A stretch of DNA of 64,000 nt. Source: an uncultured Pseudomonadales bacterium (GTDB taxonomy: Bacteria; Patescibacteriota; Microgenomatia; UBA1400; PJMF01). The position numbers and the translations under genes were made by a program. The stretch is taken from assembly GCA_964583795.1 (NCBI GenBank), contig CAZOWX010000001.1:30569-94568 (forward strand). The letters are read 5' to 3'. The first letter of the stretch is position 1; every line of letters begins with the position of its first letter. Below the pieces are notes generated by a model. It made no database searches and was not told the DNA's origin. It was given only the letters and a program-made list of their open reading frames with translations. Shown here one piece after another: positions 28,281-38,225 of the stretch.

Positions 28281-29147
28281 ATGTTTGATTACACATTTGA
28301 ATCCATGGGAACTCATTGGAGTCTCTCAATTGACCACCAACACGTAACTTCAAGCGTGATTGAGGACATTAAAACCCAAACAAAGCAATTCGAACAACGG
28401 TTTTCTCGTTTCATCAAAAGCAGTGAATCTAATCAATTTCGCAAAAGTAAAGCTGGTGACTATCTAATTTCTACCGAATTTGCCGGACTGCTCAATGCGG
28501 GACAGCAATTATTTGAGTTGACTGGCGGAGCGTTCGATATGAGTATCGCCTCTTTCTTTGAACAAATCGGTTACGACGAAAGTTATAGTTTTCGTTCAAC
28601 AAAAAACACTCAGTGGAATGCTCCAAAATGGTCTCTTCATGGCAAACTTCTTTCCATTTCGGGCCCAATCGTATTTGACGTGGGAGGTTTTGGAAAAGGC
28701 TATTGGATTGATCAGATAAGTCAGATTTTACACAAGCACAATTTCCCACACCATCTGGTTGAGGGTGGAGGGGACATGGTTGCTACAGAAAAAAAAGACA
28801 ATTCTGCTTGGAATGTCGCTATTGAGTATCCTGGACAACCTGATCAAGCAATAGGTACAGTAGAGCTGAAAAATCAAGGCCTTGCAGTGTCGGATATTTT
28901 TAAACGAAAGTGGCAAAACTATCATCACTTGATTAACGCGAAATCGCACAAGCCAATTCACCATATTGTTAGTAACGCCGCAATCGCACCAACAGCGTTT
29001 TTAGCAGACCAGATGACCTCAGCACTTAGTTTTGCGCAACCGTCCCAATACCCTTTTATTGCACAGCAGCTTTCTGCTGAGTATTTTGTGATCAAACCCC
29101 AAAATGAACTGTTACAAAGTGCCAAATGGCCAGGAATATTTTTTTAA
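28281..29147 (+). CDS. apbE: FAD:protein FMN transferase, ApbE family
   Basis: The N-terminal FESMGTHWSLSI matches the ApbE (F/L)xxMGT start. Length is about 290 aa. The start was placed after the terminator hairpin, and no signal peptide is apparent. Confidence 0.65.
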   Translation: MFDYTFESMGTHWSLSIDHQHVTSSVIEDIKTQTKQFEQRFSRFIKSSESNQFRKSKAGDYLISTEFAGLLNAGQQLFELTGGAFDMSIASFFEQIGYDESYSFRSTKNTQWNAPKWSLHGKLLSISGPIVFDVGGFGKGYWIDQISQILHKHNFPHHLVEGGGDMVATEKKDNSAWNVAIEYPGQPDQAIGTVELKNQGLAVSDIFKRKWQNYHHLINAKSHKPIHHIVSNAAIAPTAFLADQMTSALSFAQPSQYPFIAQQLSAEYFVIKPQNELLQSAKWPGIFF

Positions 29148-29240
29148 GAGAACTTTGTGGTCTGTTTTAGACCTCAGCGGTATAACACTGTGTGACCACC
29201 AAAAAGTTATCATAAACGACTTTACGCCTGACCAAAAAAA

Positions 29241-29714
29241 TCAAGAAATCTGTTCGATTACAAACTGCTGCTGACCGTTGGGGGTGTTGACACTAATCGT
29301 GTCTCCCACCGATTTTCCAATGAGCGCTTTGCCAATCGGACTCTGATCAGACAGTTTGTGCGCAGCGGGATCTGACTCATATTTACTGACTAACAAAAAC
29401 GTCATCGATTTTTTCTCATTCTTTAGTGTCACAGTGTTACCAATGTGAATGACGGAACTGGATATGTTCTCACTCAAAACGTCTGCATGCTCAAGAAGGT
29501 ACTGTAACTCCCTAAGTCTTCTGCGACAAACAGACAGTTCTATCTTACCGTACTTATATGCACCATTCTCCGACAAGTCACCTTGCGCTTTTGCAATACT
29601 CACCCGTTCAACCAACGCTTGTTCTTCCAAGAGCAGATGCTCGTACTCAGCTTGCATTTTTTCAAATGCAGCTTTAGTAAAAGGAATTCTTTGGATTGAT
29701 GAATGCAATGACAT
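29241..29714 (-). CDS. greA: Transcription elongation factor GreA
   Basis: 157 aa from MSLHSSIQRIPFTKAAFEKMQAEYEHL…GDLSENGAYKYGK…SPIGKALIGKSVGD. The layout is colinear with E. coli GreA. A TATAAT lies 10 nt upstream of this ATG on the minus strand. Confidence 0.85.
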   Translation of the reverse strand: MSLHSSIQRIPFTKAAFEKMQAEYEHLLLEEQALVERVSIAKAQGDLSENGAYKYGKIELSVCRRRLRELQYLLEHADVLSENISSSVIHIGNTVTLKNEKKSMTFLLVSKYESDPAAHKLSDQSPIGKALIGKSVGDTISVNTPNGQQQFVIEQIS

Positions 29715-29950
29715 ACCTGGATTATACAGTACACATACTTTACCGCTCGCAGCACCTTCACAAAGCGAGAAAAACATCGCTCATGCAAAGGTCTGTTGAG
29801 TGCAAAATAAAAGGACAAAAAATCCTGCAATGAACCACCAAGCGAATCTCATGATATAGTATTATATCATAACACAGTGTTTATAGTGTATTGCAGGTTT
29901 CTCTCTCTGAGACCCTTTTTTTAGTAATCTTTCTGTATACTATTAGATGT

Positions 29951-31474
29951 ATGGGTAATCCCAAAATAAAGCCACAATCACTCGAGAAAATAAACTTCTT
30001 ACTTGGACTTGTTATTGTGCTACTGATTGCAATAGGTGTCAGAATCCCTCAACTCAACAGCTCTTTTTGGCTGGACGAAGCTGCTCAAGCCCTCGAGAGT
30101 ATTCGTCCGTTTTCTCAGCAACTTTTGATCGACCATGATTTCCAACCCCCACTGATGCATATTTTGGTTCATCTCTTTACATTAGCCAACAGCTCTGAGT
30201 GGTGGTTACGTCTGGTATCACTCATCAGTGGATTGGGAACAATTATTGCCACTTTTGCGCTTACAAAGCGTATTGCTAACACAAAAGTCGCGGTACTCAC
30301 CACATTATTTCTGACAATCAACTCGTTTCATGTTTTTTACTCACAGGAATTACGCCCCTACGCATTGACTGGGTTATTTGTCGCAACTGGTTGGTATTTG
30401 GTTGTCAGGATCGCAGAGTATCAAACTTTTCATCCCAAATTACTAATTTTGCTGGTTCTCAATAGCATAGCCGGTATGTATAGCACCTACTTATTTCCTT
30501 TTGCATTCCTAGGACAGTTGCTTTTTCTGATGTCACGACGCAATACCAAAGCTATTGCTCAAGCCTTGATCTCTGGACTGGTAACCACTCTAGCGTTTTT
30601 ACCCTGGATTCCTTTTTTATTCGGACAAATGAAAGTCGGCAGAGCACTACAACAAAGTACTCCTGCATGGCAGGCTGCAGTAGGGACACCCCAGCTCAAA
30701 GCACTGCAACTGGTTGTGGGAAAGTTTGTTTTTGGAGTCATTGACTTAGAAGTCGATGTTCTTTTCGTCTTTACCACCCTGATCATCTTGGGCTTAACTG
30801 CATTTCTACTTCATCAGCTTCACCGAAAAATTGGTATTACCACTCAGCTGATCATCGGCGGGTGGTTCGTACTTCCAATATTTATCATTTGGATATTTTC
30901 CTTTTTCCTACCCATAATTCAACCGAAACGAGTACTGTTTGCACTGCCTGCTTTTGAACTCATTTTCGCTTTAGTAATTGTGTATGGTTGGCAATGGAAA
31001 AAAACAAAAATTGCCGCAATGGTATTACTCATTTTGTTGACAGCCTCGCATCTTTTTGGTACTTTTGCGTACTATTTCAATCCCAAATATCAACGGGAAG
31101 ACTGGAAGAGCATTATTACTCAGATTGATACCAATTTTTCTGCGAGCAATACTATCGTGGTTTTTCGATTTGATCACCCCTTTTCACCATGGGATTGGTA
31201 TCACCATCAATCATTTTCGAGTGTCGCGACAGGAACAGCCACAAAAACAAGTGTCGAGCAAGTGCCTGATTCAATTTCAGCGGTACTCGATTATCAGAAC
31301 GTGATTGTGTTTGACTACCTCGCAGATCTTACCGACCCAAATCACACTGTCGAACAGTATTTAACCCAGTATAATTTTCAAGCAGGACAACTTTTTGTTG
31401 ATCCCAATATTGGTTTTGTTCGAGTTTACTCGAAAGGTGGCAGCTTTGCTCTCAACACTAAACGTCACTATTGA
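29951..31474 (+). CDS. GT-C membrane glycosyltransferase, PMT_2/ArnT-like
   Basis: The loop-1 motif is WLDEAAQALESI. The protein is polytopic. A TTG at 29891 is an alternative upstream start. Confidence 0.65.
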   Translation: MGNPKIKPQSLEKINFLLGLVIVLLIAIGVRIPQLNSSFWLDEAAQALESIRPFSQQLLIDHDFQPPLMHILVHLFTLANSSEWWLRLVSLISGLGTIIATFALTKRIANTKVAVLTTLFLTINSFHVFYSQELRPYALTGLFVATGWYLVVRIAEYQTFHPKLLILLVLNSIAGMYSTYLFPFAFLGQLLFLMSRRNTKAIAQALISGLVTTLAFLPWIPFLFGQMKVGRALQQSTPAWQAAVGTPQLKALQLVVGKFVFGVIDLEVDVLFVFTTLIILGLTAFLLHQLHRKIGITTQLIIGGWFVLPIFIIWIFSFFLPIIQPKRVLFALPAFELIFALVIVYGWQWKKTKIAAMVLLILLTASHLFGTFAYYFNPKYQREDWKSIITQIDTNFSASNTIVVFRFDHPFSPWDWYHHQSFSSVATGTATKTSVEQVPDSISAVLDYQNVIVFDYLADLTDPNHTVEQYLTQYNFQAGQLFVDPNIGFVRVYSKGGSFALNTKRHY

Positions 31475-32570
31475 TATTTCTCCAATCGTGTATCGACGAG
31501 GAGTATCGCTCTACACCACAAATCTTATTGAAGCACTGCTGAGACAGGATTCTGTGAACGTCTCTGTTTTTGGCAGCTCATTGCGACAAACACCACTGTT
31601 ACAAAAATTTGTTCGAGAACATTCAAAATTAAAGCGCTCAAAACTGCTGCCATTCCCTCCGAGCATTTGGCCGCATCTTTGGTATACCCTGCACTGGCCT
31701 CAGATTGAACTAATGACAACAAAGACTGATGTGTTTCACGCTTGGGAAGAGCTTATTCCGCCAACTCAAAAAACTCCAGTGGTCGCTACCATTCATGATT
31801 TAGCTATTTTAAAATTTCCAGAAACCGCACATCCCAGTACTCTGGCTAAACATACAGCAGCATGGGATCAGTTGAAAAAAACCGACTCACACGTGATTGC
31901 GGTCAGTCAGGCGACCAAAAAAGACGTCATTGAACTGCTACATTTTAAACCGGAAAAAGTGCATTTGGTTTATGAGGCTTTACCACAAGAACATCAACAA
32001 GAAGTGAGTTCAACTGATCAACAAAAAATTTTACAAAACCATGGCCTTCCATCGAGCTATATTTTGTTTGTCGGAGCACTCGAACCACGAAAGAATATTT
32101 CTAACCTCATCAAAGCTTGGCAGCCACTCCAAAATGATGTTGGACTCGTGATTGCCGGCGCACAACAATGGGGAGTTGAGCTCGATCAATCAGTCAAAAA
32201 CTTATTCTTTTTAGGCAGAGTTGGCAATAAAACATTGACGACTCTTTTCCAACATGCAAGTGTGTTTGCCTACCCTTCGCTCTACGAAGGATTTGGTCTT
32301 CCCATTCTTGAAGCTTTTTCGTATGGCGTTGCAGTTCTAACCTCAAACAATAGCGCCATGTCCGAAATAAGTGGCAACGCTGCCGTTTTGATTGATCCTA
32401 GAGAAGTTGACAGTATTCATCACGGATTAGTCCGTTTACTCAACGAAAATAGTGCCCAGCGCGAGTATCGACGTAAAGCCATGAAACTACAATTGCAGTT
32501 ATTCAATTGGGATACTACAGCACAAAAAACAGTAAAAGTTTATCAAAAGGCCGTCATTGATCGTACATAA
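31446..32570 (+). CDS. Glycosyltransferase family 4
   Basis: YPSLYEGFGLPILEAFSYGVAVLTSNNSAMSEI is the GT4 motif. The start was inferred as TTG 31446 with an AAGGTGG RBS 5 nt upstream; it overlaps the upstream GT-C gene end. Confidence 0.7.
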   Translation: MLSTLNVTIDISPIVYRRGVSLYTTNLIEALLRQDSVNVSVFGSSLRQTPLLQKFVREHSKLKRSKLLPFPPSIWPHLWYTLHWPQIELMTTKTDVFHAWEELIPPTQKTPVVATIHDLAILKFPETAHPSTLAKHTAAWDQLKKTDSHVIAVSQATKKDVIELLHFKPEKVHLVYEALPQEHQQEVSSTDQQKILQNHGLPSSYILFVGALEPRKNISNLIKAWQPLQNDVGLVIAGAQQWGVELDQSVKNLFFLGRVGNKTLTTLFQHASVFAYPSLYEGFGLPILEAFSYGVAVLTSNNSAMSEISGNAAVLIDPREVDSIHHGLVRLLNENSAQREYRRKAMKLQLQLFNWDTTAQKTVKVYQKAVIDRT

Positions 32571-32590
32571 CAACTACCGCAACCTTCAAC

Positions 32591-33841
32591 ATGAGTGAGC
32601 AAACACAATCCGCAACCATACTTCATATCGGAATCGACGCGAACGAGGCGAACATCGACTCTCGAGTGGGTAGTAATGTTTATGCGTTTAAGCTCCTGGA
32701 AGCACTCGAGAAGCTTACTCGCGATGATCATACTGTCCAGTTCACTTTATTTTTAACTGAATCAGCAAAACCTGGAATGCCGCTAGAGCGTCAGGGATGG
32801 AAATACATGTTGGTAACACCAAAGCGTTTTGCGACGCAGTGGGGATTATCACTGGCTTTATTTCGCTTGAGAAAACAAATTCAGCTCTTCTTTAGTCCTG
32901 GACATTACGCCCCTCGCTTGTGCCCAATCCCATATATTAGTAGTGTGATGGACTTGGCGTTTTTATACTTTCCTCAACAATTCAAACAAAGTGACCTTTG
33001 GCAACTTCGTCTTTGGACACAGTACTCAGTGAAAAATGCCAAACGCATCGTAAGCATCAGCGAGTTTACCAAACAGGATGTTTCGAAAAAGTATCGAATC
33101 GCACCTGAAAAAATTTCTGTTCTATACCCCGCAATTAATACTCAACAACCGCGTAGAGAAAATCAAAACTCTCGGCAAATAACGTTTCATAAATATCACA
33201 TCAGCGAACCGTACATTTTATACGTGGGAACAATTCAACCCAGAAAAAATTTGATTCGACTCGTGGAAGCCTTTGAACATCTGAAACTCAAGTACCAAAG
33301 CGAAGTTGCCAAATCACAGCAAAATCAACCTCCCAAATCAAAACGTAATCGAAAACAAAAAATGTCTTCGACAAATCATCCTTATCAAGATTTAAAACTG
33401 GTCATTGCAGGAAAAGAAGGTTGGCTATCCGCTCCCATCATGCAACGAATTAAAAAAAGTGTGTATCACCAAGATATTATCGTTACCGGATATGTCACTG
33501 AAGAAGAAAAAAGCATTCTTTATAACCACGCCAAATGTAGCATCTTAATTGGCTTACACGAAGGATTTGGGATGCCTGCACTGGAGTCACTACAATTTAA
33601 AGTTATTCCTGTCGTTTCAAATACTACCAGTCTACCGGAAGTGGTTGGCGAAGCGGGTATTACAGTGTCACCCTACAACTCAGTGCAAGTTATGAAGGGG
33701 ATTGATAAAGCGCTACACTTAACGTTAAAACAAAGAAAAGAGTTTGAGCAAACAGCATCTCGTCAGTTAGCTCAATTTAGTTGGGACGAAAGCGCCAAAA
33801 AACTTCTTGAATTATTTCAAAACACTCTACAAAAATCATAA
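32591..33841 (+). CDS. Glycosyltransferase family 4
   Basis: LHIGIDANEANIDSRVGSNVY is a GT4 N-terminus. GLHEGFGMPALESLQFKVIPVVSNTTSLPEV is the GT4 motif. A lysine-rich insert is present. Confidence 0.75.
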   Translation: MSEQTQSATILHIGIDANEANIDSRVGSNVYAFKLLEALEKLTRDDHTVQFTLFLTESAKPGMPLERQGWKYMLVTPKRFATQWGLSLALFRLRKQIQLFFSPGHYAPRLCPIPYISSVMDLAFLYFPQQFKQSDLWQLRLWTQYSVKNAKRIVSISEFTKQDVSKKYRIAPEKISVLYPAINTQQPRRENQNSRQITFHKYHISEPYILYVGTIQPRKNLIRLVEAFEHLKLKYQSEVAKSQQNQPPKSKRNRKQKMSSTNHPYQDLKLVIAGKEGWLSAPIMQRIKKSVYHQDIIVTGYVTEEEKSILYNHAKCSILIGLHEGFGMPALESLQFKVIPVVSNTTSLPEVVGEAGITVSPYNSVQVMKGIDKALHLTLKQRKEFEQTASRQLAQFSWDESAKKLLELFQNTLQKS

Positions 33842-33867
33842 CTACGTTCATCGAAGTTGATTCAAGT

Positions 33868-34377
33868 ATGCCAGTTTCCACTCCCACATTTTTAGCGATC
33901 GATCCTGGATACGACCGCTGCGGTTGGGCCGTATTGAATACAAAGAACAAGAGCACCGCTGTCGCTTACGGCTGCATCCAAACTGAGATAAAAACAACGT
34001 TTTTTGAACGAATGAAAAAAATTGAGGTTTTGTTGCAACACATTATTGAGCAGTATCAACCCACAGAACTTGCAATCGAAACTTTATTTTTTGCGAAAAA
34101 TCAAAAAACTGCACTTCGAGTCGCCGAGCTTCGTGGGGCAATTACTTTAGTATGTCTGCAACACGCAATGACTATTTTTGAGTACCGACCAATAGACGTA
34201 AAACTCGGAGCAACGGGAAATGGCCGAGCAGATAAAAAAGCTGTTGAAAAAATGATTCGACTACAACTTCAGATACCTGCCTCAGAAAAGCTGATTGACG
34301 ACACACTCGATGCGCTTGCAGTTGGCGTTACCCATCAAACTTCCAGAAAACTTCACCTGATGAAACACCAAGAGTGA
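33868..34377 (+). CDS. ruvC: Holliday junction resolvase RuvC
   Basis: FLAIDPGYDRCGWAVL, with the catalytic D in the RNase-H-like fold. Length is 169 aa. Confidence 0.9.
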   Translation: MPVSTPTFLAIDPGYDRCGWAVLNTKNKSTAVAYGCIQTEIKTTFFERMKKIEVLLQHIIEQYQPTELAIETLFFAKNQKTALRVAELRGAITLVCLQHAMTIFEYRPIDVKLGATGNGRADKKAVEKMIRLQLQIPASEKLIDDTLDALAVGVTHQTSRKLHLMKHQE

Positions 34378-34443
34378 GTCTTCACGAGCCGACTCAAAAC
34401 CAGTATAGTAAAAGCGAATAAAAAGCGAAAAACAACACGTTCT

Positions 34444-35007
34444 ATGATTGGTCGTTTGACAGGTATACCGCAACTGTATGGCAATGAGTTCATCATTGAT
34501 GTCAACGGAGTAGGGTACAGCGTGTTTGTGGGAACCGCTACATTAGCTCAAGTTATGCATCAGACTCAAGTTCAGTTGTGCATTTATACACACGTCCGAG
34601 AAGATACTATTTCGCTATATGGCTTTTTAAGCCCACAACATAAAACTCTATTCGAACATTTGTTAGCAGTGTCGGGTATAGGACCCAAATCAGCTTTAGC
34701 AATTGCTGATCGGGGAGTAGAGCCAATCACTCAAGCAATTCAACAAGCTGATATCGGTTTTTTCACACAAATTCCTCGAGTTGGCAAAAAACTCGCTCAA
34801 AAAATTATTATTGATTTGCGCTCAAAACTTGGCGCGCTCAAAGAGCTTGATCTCACTGCAGAGTCACAACAATACACCGATGTAGTGACGGCTTTAGAAA
34901 ATCTGGGTTTTGCCAAAAGTGAAATCTATCAAGCAATACAAAGAGTAGACATTGAGCAATTGAGTCTCTCTGATGCAATTAAAGCCACCATGAAACAATT
35001 GTCATGA
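34444..35007 (+). CDS. ruvA: Holliday junction DNA helicase RuvA
   Basis: MIGRLTGIPQ…VNGVGYSVFV…VSGIGPKSALAI carries the helix-hairpin-helix motifs. Confidence 0.9.
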   Translation: MIGRLTGIPQLYGNEFIIDVNGVGYSVFVGTATLAQVMHQTQVQLCIYTHVREDTISLYGFLSPQHKTLFEHLLAVSGIGPKSALAIADRGVEPITQAIQQADIGFFTQIPRVGKKLAQKIIIDLRSKLGALKELDLTAESQQYTDVVTALENLGFAKSEIYQAIQRVDIEQLSLSDAIKATMKQLS

Positions 35008-36008
35008 ATACACCAATACCTACTGTCACTACTGCTGAAGATGAATTGCTTTTTACTTCTCTGCGAGCAAAAGATTGGAGTGAATTTTGGGGACAGGAAA
35101 CAATAAAGCAATCGCTTCAAATTTCCCTTACAGCTGCGAAACAGCGTGAGGAAGTGATGGATCATACACTGTTTTATGGACCCCCAGGCCTTGGGAAAAC
35201 AACACTATCACATCTAATAGCAAAAGAGATGGGAAGCAACATTCGAATTACTTCTGGGACAGCACTCACAAAACCGGGAGATTTAGCTGCGATTTTAACC
35301 AATCTCGAAAAGGGCGATATTCTTTTTATTGACGAAATCCATCGGTTACCAAAAACCGTTGAAGAAACGCTCTACCCAGCAATGGAGGACTTTGCTTTGG
35401 ACATCGTGATTGGGAAAGGCCCTTCTGCTCGAAGCGTTCGACTCGATGTTCCTCAATTCACTTTAGTTGGAGCAACTACACGGTTTGGTGCGCTGGCAGG
35501 TCCATTTCGCGATCGGTTTGGATTGATTCATCGTCTTGAGTACTACAACCCCAAACAGTTGCAAACCATTATCATCAAAGCAGCAACCAAACTCGACGTT
35601 AAGATTGAACCACAAGCTGCTTTGGAAATAGGACAAAGAGCTCGCGGAACCCCTCGTATCGCTTTGAAATTATTGAAACGAGTGCGCGACTACGCACAAA
35701 TTATGGCCGATGGAATCGTCTCGTTTTCGGAGGTAACGAAAGCCCTCGATATGTTTGCGATTGATGCCTATGGACTTGACCATTCGGACAGGCGGTTACT
35801 GCAACAACTCATTGATCATCATGGTGGGGGCCCCGTTGGACTCACTACCATTGCTGCCAGTCTGAGTGAAGACACCATTACGATCGAAGAAGTACTCGAG
35901 CCGTACTTACTACAAATTGGTTTCCTCAAACGCACACCAAGGGGACGTGTAGTAACAGAAAGAGCGTATCTGCACTTGAAAGTAAAATACCCACATGTTG
36001 ATACATAG
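35004..36008 (+). CDS. ruvB: Holliday junction DNA helicase RuvB
   Basis: Walker A is GPPGLGKTTLSHLIA and Walker B is LFIDEIHRL. ATGA overlap with ruvA. Confidence 0.9.
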   Translation: MNTPIPTVTTAEDELLFTSLRAKDWSEFWGQETIKQSLQISLTAAKQREEVMDHTLFYGPPGLGKTTLSHLIAKEMGSNIRITSGTALTKPGDLAAILTNLEKGDILFIDEIHRLPKTVEETLYPAMEDFALDIVIGKGPSARSVRLDVPQFTLVGATTRFGALAGPFRDRFGLIHRLEYYNPKQLQTIIIKAATKLDVKIEPQAALEIGQRARGTPRIALKLLKRVRDYAQIMADGIVSFSEVTKALDMFAIDAYGLDHSDRRLLQQLIDHHGGGPVGLTTIAASLSEDTITIEEVLEPYLLQIGFLKRTPRGRVVTERAYLHLKVKYPHVDT

Positions 36009-36029
36009 TAAATTACGGTAAGTTGTTAT

Positions 36030-36112
36030 GTTGTTGAGTTGTTACGTTGTTACAACACATACAATTGCACAACAACACAACAACCAACTACTCAACAACT
36101 CCCTATAGGACA
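36030..36112. repeat. Imperfect long palindrome built from GTTGTT / AACAAC microsatellite-like units downstream of ruvB
   Basis: gttgttgagttgttacgttgttacaacac…cacaacaacacaacaaccaactactcaacaac. GTTGTTGAGT at ~36036 is the reverse complement of ACTCAACAAC at ~36098. Confidence 0.6.
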
Positions 36113-36172
36113 CCAATGGATCTGCTACTGCATCTGTTTTTTGTGCTAGAATGAACATACGCAACAAAGCCT

Positions 36173-36766
36173 ATGAGTACTCGACCTTTACACCAAAAAA
36201 TCATGACTCGGATTGATGCGATTATTCTCGAGTTTGTAACTGGATTTTTATGGTGGGGGGTTGGGATTGTTCCTCTGCATCATGTCCGGCGATTGTTTTA
36301 CCGATTGTTCGGCATGCGGATTGGTTCTGGATCGAGTATCCACATGATGGCTCGTATCTATGACCCTCGCTATATTCATATTGGTGAAGACACTATCATT
36401 GGAGAAAAAGCCACACTCGATGGGCGAAAGCAGTTACCAAACTCAAAAGGTGGTCTTCGCATCGGTAACCACGTCGATATTGCTTCTGAAGTAATGATCT
36501 GGACCAGTCAACACGATATCTCTTCACCAGACTTTCATCCAGTTGAAGCGAAAGTCGTGATCGAAGATTATGTGTTCATCGGACCTCGCGCTATTATTTT
36601 GCCTGGGGTGACCATAGGTAGAGGTGCAATCATTGCTGCTGGAGCAGTGGTCACTAAAAACGTGCCACCACTAGCTATCATGGGGGGTGTTCCCGCAAAA
36701 GAGATCGGTAAGCGTCCAGTTACAGAACTAAACTATCGCCTTGGTCGATCACGCTGGTTTCAATGA
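36173..36766 (+). CDS. Hexapeptide-repeat (left-handed β-helix) acetyltransferase, sugar O-/N-acetyltransferase-like
   Basis: Repeated [LIV]G-x4 hexapeptides: IGNHVDIASEVMI, IEDYVFIGPRAIILPGVTIGRGAIIAAGAVV. Confidence 0.75.
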   Translation: MSTRPLHQKIMTRIDAIILEFVTGFLWWGVGIVPLHHVRRLFYRLFGMRIGSGSSIHMMARIYDPRYIHIGEDTIIGEKATLDGRKQLPNSKGGLRIGNHVDIASEVMIWTSQHDISSPDFHPVEAKVVIEDYVFIGPRAIILPGVTIGRGAIIAAGAVVTKNVPPLAIMGGVPAKEIGKRPVTELNYRLGRSRWFQ

Positions 36767-37254
36767 AAAAAAAACAAGAAAAATCCTATCGATCAGTACT
36801 GTATTACATAAAAGACTTGCGGTGGCACATATTGTTTTTTTGCAGCGCTTTCATTGGAGTTTTCCCAACTCAGGTACTTATTTTTGTTGGTCTACCGTCT
36901 GTTTTTTTCCTTCTACCAGCATTTCTGTACTTAGTTTTTAACCTGTATAGAGTAACAACTCAACCCAGAAAACGTCATCTGATTATCCTTTTACTTAGTT
37001 TTTTTGTTTTCTATTGCTATTTTCAGTTAACCACAATCTCGGAAATTCAACGAATTTGCACTACTCAAGCAGTTAACTCAATTGATACACCATCTAATTC
37101 ACAACTTAATGAAGTTACAAAAATTCAATATGTTTTGGAATACCGTCAGTGTAAAACTCACTACATGCCGCTCATGAAAAAAGTCTTGATCCATTTTGAG
37201 TACTACTCGATGTGGCAAACACTGATGAGAAAAAACATTACCAGCACTCAATGA
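36763..37254 (+). CDS. Small membrane protein, unknown function
   Basis: ATGA overlap at both ends. It has 3–4 hydrophobic helices and no recognisable motif. Confidence 0.4.
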   Translation: MKKKQEKSYRSVLYYIKDLRWHILFFCSAFIGVFPTQVLIFVGLPSVFFLLPAFLYLVFNLYRVTTQPRKRHLIILLLSFFVFYCYFQLTTISEIQRICTTQAVNSIDTPSNSQLNEVTKIQYVLEYRQCKTHYMPLMKKVLIHFEYYSMWQTLMRKNITSTQ

Positions 37255-38225
37255 ATCAACGTCCACTCCTGTCCACTATCATTGTTTCGTACAACACGGC
37301 TGATTTGACCTGTCATTGTGTTTCTTCTGTTCTCAACGAGTATAAGCACAGCAATATTGATGGAGAAATTATTGTTGTTGATAACCACTCGTCGGATGAC
37401 TCAGTGAAAAAACTGAAACGCTTATTTCATGATCACATTCGACTAGTTGAAAATAAAGAAAATGTCGGTTTTGCAGCCGGCAATAATAAAGGCATTCGAG
37501 CGTCTACAGGCAAATATATATTTCTACTCAATTCTGATACGGTGATTCATCCTGGTGATATTAAACAGCTTCTGAATGTTTTTCAGCATCATCCAGATAA
37601 TGACACAGAGTCGCTGGAACATACACACCTGATTGACAGAGTTGGAATTGTTAGTGGTCGACTTGAAAATATTGATGGGACATTGCAAAAGCAAGGTGGG
37701 TCGCTACCCAATCTTTGGGTCATTTGCTTATGGTGGTTACTCCCACTACCTGCACGTCTCGCCAAATTCCCACCTCAGTGGAGCTTACATATCGAACAAG
37801 ATGATTTTTTTGAGCGTGAACAGTTGATGGGTTGGGTCGGAGGAACGGCAATGTTGCTCCGTCGTGAGATGATCGATGAAATTGGACTGCTCGATGAGGG
37901 TATTTTCATGTATGCTGAAGACATAGAGTACTGCCTCAGAGCTCAAAAACATCACTGGGACACTGTTTACATTCCGAGTACGAATATTACTCATTTTGGC
38001 AGTGCGAGTAGCTCGAGTGAGTCCGCTCGTTTCGGTGAAATTGTTGGACTTTTCTACGTATCGCAAAAACACTTCCCAGCCTGGAAAGCTGGAGCTGTTC
38101 GCAAGATTTTGCGCCTTGGCTGCTTACTTCGGTTGGTATTATTTGGTATAATATTGGGAAATGAAAAAAAGAAAAAAAGCTACCAAAAAGCCTTTATTCA
38201 ACTCTCACCCGCTCGCACGTACTGA
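37251..38225 (+). CDS. Glycosyltransferase family 2
   Basis: LSTIIVSYNTADLT…IIVVDNHSSDDS…FLLNSDTVI…MYAEDIEYCLRA. Start taken at ATG 37251 (ATGA overlap). Confidence 0.8.
   Translation: MNQRPLLSTIIVSYNTADLTCHCVSSVLNEYKHSNIDGEIIVVDNHSSDDSVKKLKRLFHDHIRLVENKENVGFAAGNNKGIRASTGKYIFLLNSDTVIHPGDIKQLLNVFQHHPDNDTESLEHTHLIDRVGIVSGRLENIDGTLQKQGGSLPNLWVICLWWLLPLPARLAKFPPQWSLHIEQDDFFEREQLMGWVGGTAMLLRREMIDEIGLLDEGIFMYAEDIEYCLRAQKHHWDTVYIPSTNITHFGSASSSSESARFGEIVGLFYVSQKHFPAWKAGAVRKILRLGCLLRLVLFGIILGNEKKKKSYQKAFIQLSPARTY

Noticed and set aside
36030-36112. The GTTGTT/AACAAC repetitive region, considered as a CRISPR array.
   Set aside because: There is no regular repeat–spacer periodicity. The units are 6-nt microsatellite-like and form an inverted, not direct, arrangement.
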